From: Desulfobacterales bacterium
Lineage (GTDB): Bacteria; Desulfobacterota; Desulfobacteria; Desulfobacterales; C00003060
Direction of reading: 5' to 3'
DNA: 29,061 nucleotides
Assembly: GCA_030668505.1 (NCBI GenBank)
Contig: DAOUTV010000001.1
Span: 1 to 29,061, forward strand
The notes beneath the pieces were generated by a model. That model was not told the origin of the DNA. It worked only from the letters and a program-made list of their open reading frames with translations, and did not search any database. Of the stretch, positions 9,013-16,869 are shown piece after piece. How positions within the stretch are numbered: the first letter of the stretch is position 1; every line of letters starts with the position of its first letter. The translations under genes and the position numbers were made by a program.

Positions 9013-11319
9013 TTGTCCGTTTCAGTGGAGATCCTTTTGTCCAAATTATCCTACAATCAAATTATTAATGAATTGGCATCCTTGTGCGGCATCGAATCGG
9101 AGTACCGGGACAACTGGGGTCGCGTCCACCAAACATCGGTAGAAACCAAACAAAACATTCTTAAGGCAATAGGGGAGAACGTTGATACTGGTGCGCAGGC
9201 AAATGAGGCGTGGCATTTGAGGCGAGAGCGAGAATGGTCACGCATGACAGAACCAACTATAGTGACCAGTCTCTCAAGCATGCCAAAGGAACTGGTATTT
9301 CAGATACCCCTTAGCAGGGCACAGGGCACTTCAGCCGGCTCAGCTATTAAGGATCTGGAGGTGTCCCTGGAAGTGACAGATGAGCAGGGTATGGTCCAAC
9401 AAATTGCTTTCAGCTATAATGAGTTGTCTTTTTGTGAAAGAAAACTGGTTGGAAGCTGTGTGTACGAGCGCTGGGGTGTGCCGTTCCCCCAACTTGAGAC
9501 TCTGGGTTATTACAAGTTTTGCCTATCCGCACACTCTGGAAATCATCACAGGACACAAAATATATTTGTTGCAATATGTCCCGAGAAGGCATTCATCCCG
9601 CCTCCCTTACAGGGCGGCTGCCGCACCTCTGGTATCTCCATAAGCCTTTACGGAGTCCGATCAAAGAATAATTGGGGAATAGGTGACTTTGGCGATTTGA
9701 AAAGGGTCGTAGATTGGGTAGCAAAGGACCTTCACGGGGACGTTATTGGTTTAAATCCGCTTCATGCCACTTTTAACCGCAGACCTTTTAATACTAGTCC
9801 CTACCTTCCCATGAGCCGCTTTTACCGAAATATTATTTATCTGGATATCTCCACCATGGAGGATTATCGAGATTCACGAGAGGCACAGGATATTGTCAAG
9901 ACTGCCGAAACACAGCGTCTTTTGTCTGAGTTCCGGGCCTCAGACACGGTCCAGTATGAACAAGTTGCTGCGCTCAAACAAAAGGTATTGAAGATGGTTT
10001 TTAATACCTTTTTTGAAAATCACTGGAACAGGCCGCACACCGAAACCGACCGGAAAAAGGAGCTTGAGAACTACATCGATAGGGAAGGTTTCCTGTTAGA
10101 CAACTTTGCGACCTTTTGTGCCTTGGATTCGCACATACGCTCCAGCGATCCGGAGGTATGGACCTGGTCACAATGGCCCCCGGAATACCAACGGCCTGAC
10201 ACTGAAGCAGTTCGGCAATTTCGACAGAAACACTGGCAGAAGATACTCTTTTATAAATACTTGCAATGGCAATTGGAAAAACAGCTTGCACTAATCCAGG
10301 ACTATGCAAAAAGCCGGGGAATGTTTATCGGCCTCTACCATGATTTGGCACTGGCCATCGATCGGTTCAGCGCCGACTTTTGGGCCTATCAGGATTTCTT
10401 CATTCCTAAACTTCGGGTGGGAGCCCCGCCGGACGCATTCTCACAAAACGGTCAGGATTGGGGGTTCCCTCCGCCCGATACGGAGAAGTTGCGAGAAAGC
10501 GGTTATAAACTTTTTATTAGAGAGATTCGAAAAAATTGTGCTTTCGGGGGGGCTTTGCGGATCGATCACGTCATGAGGTTTTTTCATCTCTACTGCATAC
10601 CCGAAGATGAGCCACCAAGGAAAGGGGCCTATGTGTCTCAACCTTTTGAAGATTTGCTTGGCATTGTTGCACTGGAGAGTGTTCGGAACCGAGTACTCAT
10701 CATCGGAGAAGACCTTGGCACTGTTTCTCCATATATACGGAAGAGACTGACTGAAACCAACATCCTTTCATACAGGCTTCTCTATTTTGAAAAGGATAAT
10801 AATCAAAGCTTTATTCTGCCGGAAGACTATCCTGAATTGGCCCTGGTGACGGTTACGACCCACGATCTACCCACATTGGCTGGATTTTGGAGCCACAGGG
10901 ACATTGAGGTACGCAAGGAAGCAGGCATGTTTGACAGCAAACAGGCCTTCATCAAGGCTGTTGCAGAAAGAACGATAGACAAGAAAGAGTTGTTAAAGTT
11001 GTTAAAGGAGTTGGGTCTGCTTCCCGGACACTGTTCCACAGACGTAAATGCCTATCCTCAGATCACAGGGGATCTCCACAATGCAGTGGTTGGATTCCTT
11101 GCAATGACTCCTTCGAAGCTGTTCATATTAGGACAGCAAGACCTGTTTAAGGAGACAGAGCAGCAAAACCTTCCGGGAACGACCATCGAATACCCAAATT
11201 GGTCCTTGAAAATGAAATATACTTTGGAACAATTTCGGAGTGACCCTGAGGCAAAGGGTTTTTCCGACATGTTTCGAAATTGGATCAAGAGATCAGGACG
11301 AAATAACCTCGCAGATTAG
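9013..11319 (+). CDS. malQ: 4-alpha-glucanotransferase (amylomaltase, GH77)
   Basis: WGIGDFGDL, GLNPLH, SPYLPMSR, GLYHDLA, VGAPPDAFSQNGQDWG, catalytic LRIDH, GEDLG, TTHDLPT, QNLPGT, PNW. Exact start uncertain (TTG 9013). Confidence 0.96.
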   Translation: MSVSVEILLSKLSYNQIINELASLCGIESEYRDNWGRVHQTSVETKQNILKAIGENVDTGAQANEAWHLRREREWSRMTEPTIVTSLSSMPKELVFQIPLSRAQGTSAGSAIKDLEVSLEVTDEQGMVQQIAFSYNELSFCERKLVGSCVYERWGVPFPQLETLGYYKFCLSAHSGNHHRTQNIFVAICPEKAFIPPPLQGGCRTSGISISLYGVRSKNNWGIGDFGDLKRVVDWVAKDLHGDVIGLNPLHATFNRRPFNTSPYLPMSRFYRNIIYLDISTMEDYRDSREAQDIVKTAETQRLLSEFRASDTVQYEQVAALKQKVLKMVFNTFFENHWNRPHTETDRKKELENYIDREGFLLDNFATFCALDSHIRSSDPEVWTWSQWPPEYQRPDTEAVRQFRQKHWQKILFYKYLQWQLEKQLALIQDYAKSRGMFIGLYHDLALAIDRFSADFWAYQDFFIPKLRVGAPPDAFSQNGQDWGFPPPDTEKLRESGYKLFIREIRKNCAFGGALRIDHVMRFFHLYCIPEDEPPRKGAYVSQPFEDLLGIVALESVRNRVLIIGEDLGTVSPYIRKRLTETNILSYRLLYFEKDNNQSFILPEDYPELALVTVTTHDLPTLAGFWSHRDIEVRKEAGMFDSKQAFIKAVAERTIDKKELLKLLKELGLLPGHCSTDVNAYPQITGDLHNAVVGFLAMTPSKLFILGQQDLFKETEQQNLPGTTIEYPNWSLKMKYTLEQFRSDPEAKGFSDMFRNWIKRSGRNNLAD

Positions 11320-11461
11320 AAGTGCGCCATGTCAAAATAGAAGGACAAAACCGAGTCCTCTTTGGTGCGGTAAATTTCCACGACGCAAAGTGAATTACGG
11401 AAGCACGACAAACATAGAAACGGATTGCGTCTTCCTTCAGATTATATGAGGTGAAAAGAGG

Positions 11462-12238
11462 GTGGAAAGAATAGCGGTTCAGATCTACGAGATACAGGAC
11501 CCCCGAGAGGCTGAAGCGGTTATTGAATTGGGCGTTGATAGGATCGGAAGCGTCATCCTCTCAGAGGAAAATTGGAAAGTGCCGGCCATAAAGGATGCAA
11601 TTCTCATTTCCAAGGGAGCACGGGTAAAGCATAGCCTGATTCCCCTCTTTCATAGGAGAGGAGTCTTGTTTCAAGCCATAGAGTATTATCAGCCGGATAT
11701 AATTCACTTTTGCGAGTGCTTAACTAATGATGACGGTCACATTATGCACTGTGAGGTTTTAGTTGATCTGCAGATCTGTGTTAGAGAGCGATTCCCTGAA
11801 ATTGAAGTCATGCGCTCGGTTCCCATTGCTACGCCAAGAAATAGTAAAAGGATGCCAACACTGGAAATTGCCAAGCGTTTCGAATCCGCAAGTGATTATT
11901 TTTTGACCGACACATGGCTTGGCAAGGAGCCAGTGGAAGGTTACATCGGTATAACAGGACGTACCTGTGACTGGACCGTAGCCAGAAGGCTTGTAGATTT
12001 AACCTCAATTCCTGTGATTCTGGCCGGTGGGCTGTCATCTGAAAATGTTTATGAAGGTGTTATGGGTGTTAAACCTTTTGGAGTTGACAGCTGCACAAGA
12101 ACCAATGGGGTTGACAGCAGAGGAAGGCCTGTGAGGTTCAAGAAAGACCTCGACAAGGTGAGGGCCTTTGTACAGGAGGTGCGTCGCGCAGAAAAGGACC
12201 TCTTCAGCATGAAAATACAATCAAAAGGAAGGAAGTGA
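11462..12238 (+). CDS. TrpF (phosphoribosylanthranilate isomerase)-like TIM barrel, atypical
   Basis: LTDT, GITGRTCDW, PVILAGGL..ENV and PFGVDS are TrpF-like, but the first strand reads VQIYEI instead of VKICGI. No other trp genes nearby. Confidence 0.75.
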   Translation: MERIAVQIYEIQDPREAEAVIELGVDRIGSVILSEENWKVPAIKDAILISKGARVKHSLIPLFHRRGVLFQAIEYYQPDIIHFCECLTNDDGHIMHCEVLVDLQICVRERFPEIEVMRSVPIATPRNSKRMPTLEIAKRFESASDYFLTDTWLGKEPVEGYIGITGRTCDWTVARRLVDLTSIPVILAGGLSSENVYEGVMGVKPFGVDSCTRTNGVDSRGRPVRFKKDLDKVRAFVQEVRRAEKDLFSMKIQSKGRK

Positions 12239-12240
12239 AC

Positions 12241-12597
12241 ATGACCGAAAGAGAGGCTATTCTGGCGTTTATGATGGGAGAGAGGATGAAAGCAGCCCTT
12301 ATAGTGGCAACTCAAATGGTAATGGTGATTGATGGGCTTGGCGAGCATGAAAGATCTGGGGCAAACAAGGTTTTCTCCGCCTTCTTGAGAACATTGTATC
12401 GAGATATCGGGCTTGCCAACAAGGTTTCCCCTCAAGAGGAATGGGCTGACATTCGAAGGGAACTAGACAGCGGGTTGGTCATGGTCGATTCAAATGTCTC
12501 AAATGGTTCAATGGAAAATATCTCGCGGGCAATCAGTCACGCTACTACGATAAGCAGTAGAGCCATGACTTTTCTCAAGGAAGAGGGGTTGCTGTAA
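12241..12597 (+). CDS. Hypothetical helical protein (118 aa)
   Basis: ATG 2 nt after the TrpF-like stop, GGAAGG RBS, amphipathic helical composition. No family motif recognised. Confidence 0.75.
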   Translation: MTEREAILAFMMGERMKAALIVATQMVMVIDGLGEHERSGANKVFSAFLRTLYRDIGLANKVSPQEEWADIRRELDSGLVMVDSNVSNGSMENISRAISHATTISSRAMTFLKEEGLL

Positions 12598-12599
12598 TA

Positions 12600-12881
12600 T
12601 TGATGGTCTCGGAAAAAGTCTGATTCAGTCAATGTGTCATTTCCGCCTGCCAACGCCTGATACAACATTCAGCTTATGTGCCAGCATTTCGGCAATGGCG
12701 GGCAGGTCGACCGCAGGGAGAAATCTTATGTTTTCAGTAAGTTATATCGTAGAGATTTCTCGCTTTCAGCCGTCGTAGCCGAGGCGACTTCGGCCTCCGC
12801 CTTAGGCTATGGCCGACGGCGGATGGCGAAGTCGGCTCGCTCGAAATGACAGGTAATTGGGACTTTTTACGATTTCATCAA
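12600..12881. mobile_element. Family C MITE-like element, copy 2, composite and nested
   Basis: TIRs TTGATGGTCTCGGAAAAAGTC / GACTTTTTACGATTTCATCAA (17/21 match), the same shell as 2642-2778 but with a different core (TGTCATTTC...GAGAAATCT / AGATTTCTC...GAAATGACA) interrupted by two GC-rich inserts. Confidence 0.8.
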
Positions 12882-13017
12882 TATTCAGGATTGAGGAATT
12901 CCAAGATCGTGACATGATTTGCTGTTGGAACCAGGCCGTTGCCTATGGCAATTGTGGACGAGCTAAGTGTGGTTTATCTAAAGGATTGTTGGAAGGTATG
13001 CCGCAGGATTTCAATTC

Positions 13018-13039
13018 TGTCAGAGTCAATATCTTGACA
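13018..13039. promoter_or_regulatory. Dyad, candidate enhancer (bEBP) site
   Basis: TGTCA-N12-TGACA containing an inner GTCAA-TATC-TTGAC palindrome, about 150 bp upstream of the -24 element. Confidence 0.4.
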
Positions 13040-13187
13040 CTATGGGGCCGATAGTCTCTGGCGTCTGTGACATGAAAATGAATTTTCCTTTTACTGTCAA
13101 CCAATATTTTTGAGTTTGTGCCTTAAGTTATGGGTTTGCGCAAGAACTTTGGATTATTTGTAGAAATTCTGAGATATTGTATTATTT

Positions 13188-13203
13188 TGGCATGCAGATT
13201 GCT
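13188..13203 (+). promoter_or_regulatory. Sigma54 (-24/-12) promoter of the chemosensory cluster
   Basis: TGGCATGCAGATTGCT matches TGGCACG-N4-TTGCW with exact GG-N10-GC spacing and points toward the STAS gene. Confidence 0.7.
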
Positions 13204-13484
13204 GAAAACCAATAAGGTGAGGTCCTGTTTCAGACAAATGGCAGGCATTGCTGTCGTGAAACCAGGGTCGGAGTTTTGGACAACTGGGCCTTAGAAGCTG
13301 TTTCACCCCCTTTTCCTTGGTCTGCTTGTCCATTATTGAAAATTTTCTATCAATTTAGTCTATAGAAAAAGCGAAAATCCTTCCAAAGAACTATGCTTGT
13401 TAAGTTAAGTACCTTTGACAAAAATGGATAAGATGAAGCTGCCAAAGGAATTATAAAACAGTTTCTACATGATTTTTGTGAAAA

Positions 13485-13781
13485 ATGTCTGCGAAAAATT
13501 TTAGTGTGAAACAAGATGAGCAGGGCATTTACCACTTTGAGGGTGAACTATCTATTCATGCGCTCGATCACCTCAAAGATTTTTTGGACAAGTCTCTCAA
13601 AGGTGGACAGGAGATTGCTATTTCGCTCGCCAAGGTTAGATTTATTGACACCGCGGCCCTTCAATTGCTCATTGCCTTTAAGAAACGGTTCGAACCAGAA
13701 GTTAAGTTGAAAATTTCTGAAGTCTCTTCTGAGGTAGAGAACATTTTATCTCTTTGCGGTCTCAAAACCATATTGGTGTAA
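13485..13781 (+). CDS. STAS domain protein (chemosensory-cluster associated)
   Basis: 98 aa: FEGELSI, ISLAKVRFIDTAALQLL. Lies directly upstream of cheY-cheA. Confidence 0.85.
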   Translation: MSAKNFSVKQDEQGIYHFEGELSIHALDHLKDFLDKSLKGGQEIAISLAKVRFIDTAALQLLIAFKKRFEPEVKLKISEVSSEVENILSLCGLKTILV

Positions 13782-13794
13782 GAGGTGCGCCTAG

Positions 13795-14178
13795 ATGGAA
13801 AAGAATATTTTAATTGTAGAAGATTCGCCTACCATGAGGTCGTCTGTTTCTTTTTGCTTACGTAACGCAGGTTATAGAGTGGCAGAAGCTATAGACGGTA
13901 AAGATGCCTTGAAAAAACTGCAATCCATGAATGACAAAAGTGAACCTCTGTCCCTGATTATCACCGACATTAATATGCCGCAGATGGATGGCATTACTTT
14001 TATTTCAGAAGTAAAAGAGACCGATTTTAAATTTGTTCCCATATTGGTCCTGACCACCGAGAGCGAAGAATCCGTGATAAAAAAAGGACGAGACGCAGGG
14101 GCTTCGGGCTGGCTGTTGAAGCCCTTTCAACCCGAACAGCTTCTGTGGGCTGTCAAAAAGGTCATTTGGACGAAATGA
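13795..14178 (+). CDS. cheY: Single-domain response regulator CheY
   Basis: ILIVEDS, IITDINMP, LVLTTES and WLLKPF; conserved D/T/K residues; ATGA overlap with cheA. Confidence 0.88.
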   Translation: MEKNILIVEDSPTMRSSVSFCLRNAGYRVAEAIDGKDALKKLQSMNDKSEPLSLIITDINMPQMDGITFISEVKETDFKFVPILVLTTESEESVIKKGRDAGASGWLLKPFQPEQLLWAVKKVIWTK

Positions 14179-16334
14179 TCGTAGATGACGAAACATTACA
14201 GATTTTTTTCTCCGAAACAGAAGAACTGCTTAAACTGGCAGAAGAAAGCCTTCTGTCTCTCGAGTCCTCACCCCAATCTGTATCAGATATAGAACAACTC
14301 TTCAGGTCGGTGCATACTCTAAAGAGTGGTGCGGGCATGGTGGGATATAATCGTATTTCAGATTATGCCCACCTTGTCGAAAGCTTGTTGGAACGTCTTA
14401 GAAGTGGCAAGTTGGCCGTTACCAATAACCTTATCACCTTCCTTCTGGACTCAATCGATTTTATGCGGTTTATGGTTGACAGGGTATCTAAGAGTGAAGA
14501 CGAAGTCGATCCGGAAGTTCTCGATAAGCGAAAAGATCAGGTAAGACGTTATTTGGGTGTAGATGGGATAAGCTCAAGTGAAAAGGAACCTGATCCGGTC
14601 AAAGCAGCTACCCAAGAACCCGCAAAAGAATTCAGTTTCTACAAGATCCATCTCAAGTTTCGAAGAGAGCTTTTCTATTCCGGCCAGGACCCGCTCCTGA
14701 TCCTTCTATCCCTATCTGAATTGGGGGAGTTTGTCCAGGTGGTACCCGATCTTTCTGAATTTCCGGATTTTGAAAACTTTTCCATGTATGATCTCTATAT
14801 CTCCTGGCAGATCATTATCAAGACCGAACAGTCTTATGAAGATATCGAAGATGTCTTCATGTTTGTTATAGATGACAACGACATTTGGATTGAAGATATT
14901 ACCAACCAATACAGGGAGGGTATTGATATAGACCTGGCTGAAAAGAAGCTCGGTCAAGTGCTTGTGGAAAAAGGCAAAATCACGGAGGAAGTATTAACCG
15001 ATGCTCTGAAGAAACAAAAGAGGCTTGGTGATATCTTAGTAGAGGACGGGAGGATTCATACTGAAGACCTTGAGAAGGCAGTGGCCGTACAGGAGGAGCG
15101 TCGCACGGTTTATCGCAAGACAACAATCCGTGTTGATGTGGAAAAGATTGATAGCCTTGTAAATCTGGGTGAAGAGATGGGGATTGGACTTGCTAAGGTG
15201 AAGACACTCTTTGAAAAATATACCGGCCCCGGACAAATGGAAATATCGGAAGAGGTCGAAAATCTCTTTAAGGTGAATCAAGATTTCCAGGAGCGAGTCC
15301 AAAGGGTTCGAATGTTTTCTTTGGAAGGAACATTCCATAGATTCCAACGCATGGCAAGGGATCTTGCTCTTCAGCAGAACAAGCAGATCAAAGTGATCTC
15401 GGCCGGACTTGATACCGAGTTAGACAAAGAGGTTATTGAATATAGTACTGACCCCCTAAAACATCTGGTCCGGAATTGTATTGATCACGGCATAGAGTCT
15501 CCGAAAGAAAGGGAGGCGAAGGGGAAACCGCCTACGGGGATCATCAAATTCGAGGCGTATCAGAGAGGTGGGAAAATCTTTATTGAAATTTGTGATGACG
15601 GAAAGGGCATCGATTTGAAAGGCATTCATCGGAAGGCTCTTGAAAGGGGTTGGATTGAACCTGAGCAAGCCCTGACTGAAGAAGCCTTGCTTGACTTTAT
15701 ATTTAAGCCGGGATTATCCACCAGCTCAAAAGTTTCGGAGATCTCCGGCAGAGGAGTTGGGATGGATGTGGTGAGGACACAGCTTAATCAAATCGGAGGC
15801 ACTATAGACATTCATACGGAAAAGGACAAAGGAACCACCTTTATCTTATGTCTGCCCCTGATATCTGCGTTTATGGAGGCCTTGCATGTGTTGGTGCAGG
15901 ACACTTCATTCTTAGTGCCATTGCAGACTGTTGTTGGAACGGAAAAATTCGACAAGAGACTTGTTAAAGGTATTGGAGCCCAGGAAAGGCTGTACCGATT
16001 TCGTGGTGATTATATACCGCTCGCAGATATGACGAAGATCTTACATATTGGTATGCCTCCTACAAACGGCAACACCACAGCAGTGGTCATCGTGGATACA
16101 GGAAAAAAAGTCTTTGGTATGCCTGTGGACGAGGTTTTGGATCCACAACAGATTATTGTCAAGACTCTTGAGACAAACTATCGCAGCGTCAAGGGGATAG
16201 CCGGCGCCACCATTTTGGGGGATGGCTCGGTCTCACTAGTATTGGATCTTTTGGGAGTGGAGGAAATTTTTTTCAGAAATTCCTTTAAAGGAGACGCGAC
16301 CCATGAAAGTGAAGAAAAGGTTGAACAGGGTTAA
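14175..16334 (+). CDS. cheA: Chemotaxis histidine kinase CheA with an internal MshEN-like tandem motif
   Basis: Hpt FRSVHTLKSGAG, IRVDVEKID, HLVRNCIDHGIE, DDGKGID, GRGVGMDVV and a C-terminal CheW-like domain (AGATILGDGSV). Start at ATG 14175 (719 aa). Confidence 0.96.
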   Translation: MIVDDETLQIFFSETEELLKLAEESLLSLESSPQSVSDIEQLFRSVHTLKSGAGMVGYNRISDYAHLVESLLERLRSGKLAVTNNLITFLLDSIDFMRFMVDRVSKSEDEVDPEVLDKRKDQVRRYLGVDGISSSEKEPDPVKAATQEPAKEFSFYKIHLKFRRELFYSGQDPLLILLSLSELGEFVQVVPDLSEFPDFENFSMYDLYISWQIIIKTEQSYEDIEDVFMFVIDDNDIWIEDITNQYREGIDIDLAEKKLGQVLVEKGKITEEVLTDALKKQKRLGDILVEDGRIHTEDLEKAVAVQEERRTVYRKTTIRVDVEKIDSLVNLGEEMGIGLAKVKTLFEKYTGPGQMEISEEVENLFKVNQDFQERVQRVRMFSLEGTFHRFQRMARDLALQQNKQIKVISAGLDTELDKEVIEYSTDPLKHLVRNCIDHGIESPKEREAKGKPPTGIIKFEAYQRGGKIFIEICDDGKGIDLKGIHRKALERGWIEPEQALTEEALLDFIFKPGLSTSSKVSEISGRGVGMDVVRTQLNQIGGTIDIHTEKDKGTTFILCLPLISAFMEALHVLVQDTSFLVPLQTVVGTEKFDKRLVKGIGAQERLYRFRGDYIPLADMTKILHIGMPPTNGNTTAVVIVDTGKKVFGMPVDEVLDPQQIIVKTLETNYRSVKGIAGATILGDGSVSLVLDLLGVEEIFFRNSFKGDATHESEEKVEQG

Positions 16335-16782
16335 TGGCTTGGTTTGCCTGATGTTTTTCTTTTTTTTATGCGCCACTGTTTGGGCGCAGAATCCCAAACC
16401 AACCTATGTGGGTTCTGATGCCTGTCAAGATTGCCATGAAACCGAATATAAAAACTTTAAGGCCTATGCCAAGAAGGCATACTCTTACAAGAGTATCAGG
16501 GAAATGAAAAAGGGCCTCACTGAGACAGAGTTTTGCAAGTGTTTCGAGTGTCACACCACTGGATATGGAAAACCGAGTGGGTTTCGCTCCGAACATGAGA
16601 CGCCCCACCTCATGAACGCAGGTTGCGAGGTCTGTCACGGCCCGGGGAGCCTTCATGTTGAAACCGGGGAACCAAAAGAGATAAAGGGGAGCCTGACGGC
16701 CAAGGACTGCGATGCCTGCCACAGCTCAGAACGTGTTAAGGCTTTTGATTACAAGCCACTGATCCACGGGGGAGCCCATTAG
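16303..16782 (+). CDS. Periplasmic tetraheme cytochrome c (c554-like family)
   Basis: AAGGAG RBS, signal peptide ending ATVWA-Q, four CxxCH motifs (CQDCH, CFECH, CEVCH, CDACH) and C-terminal GGAH. Confidence 0.9.
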   Translation: MKVKKRLNRVNGLVCLMFFFFLCATVWAQNPKPTYVGSDACQDCHETEYKNFKAYAKKAYSYKSIREMKKGLTETEFCKCFECHTTGYGKPSGFRSEHETPHLMNAGCEVCHGPGSLHVETGEPKEIKGSLTAKDCDACHSSERVKAFDYKPLIHGGAH

Positions 16783-16869
16783 TACTGTGTATATTTTGTT
16801 CATTATGTTTGTCGGGTTAACTCAACAAACCCAATAAACGAAATGAACTCAACTTGTGGAGGTAAGGTC

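Noticed and set aside
11369-11431. GGTAAA...GACGCAAAG words resembling a c-di-GMP-I (GEMM) riboswitch upstream of the TrpF-like gene
   Set aside because: Only 8 nt lie between the words, too few for the GNRA-capped P2 stem, and the 3' half does not match. A GACGCAA/TTGCGTC pairing exists. An Infernal search would settle it.
13238-13297. 18-codon ORF (MAGIAVVKPGSEFWTTGP) in the che leader, and a second TGGCA...TTGC word
   Set aside because: RBS spacing is poor, and the GG-GC spacing is 8 rather than 10, so neither is supported.
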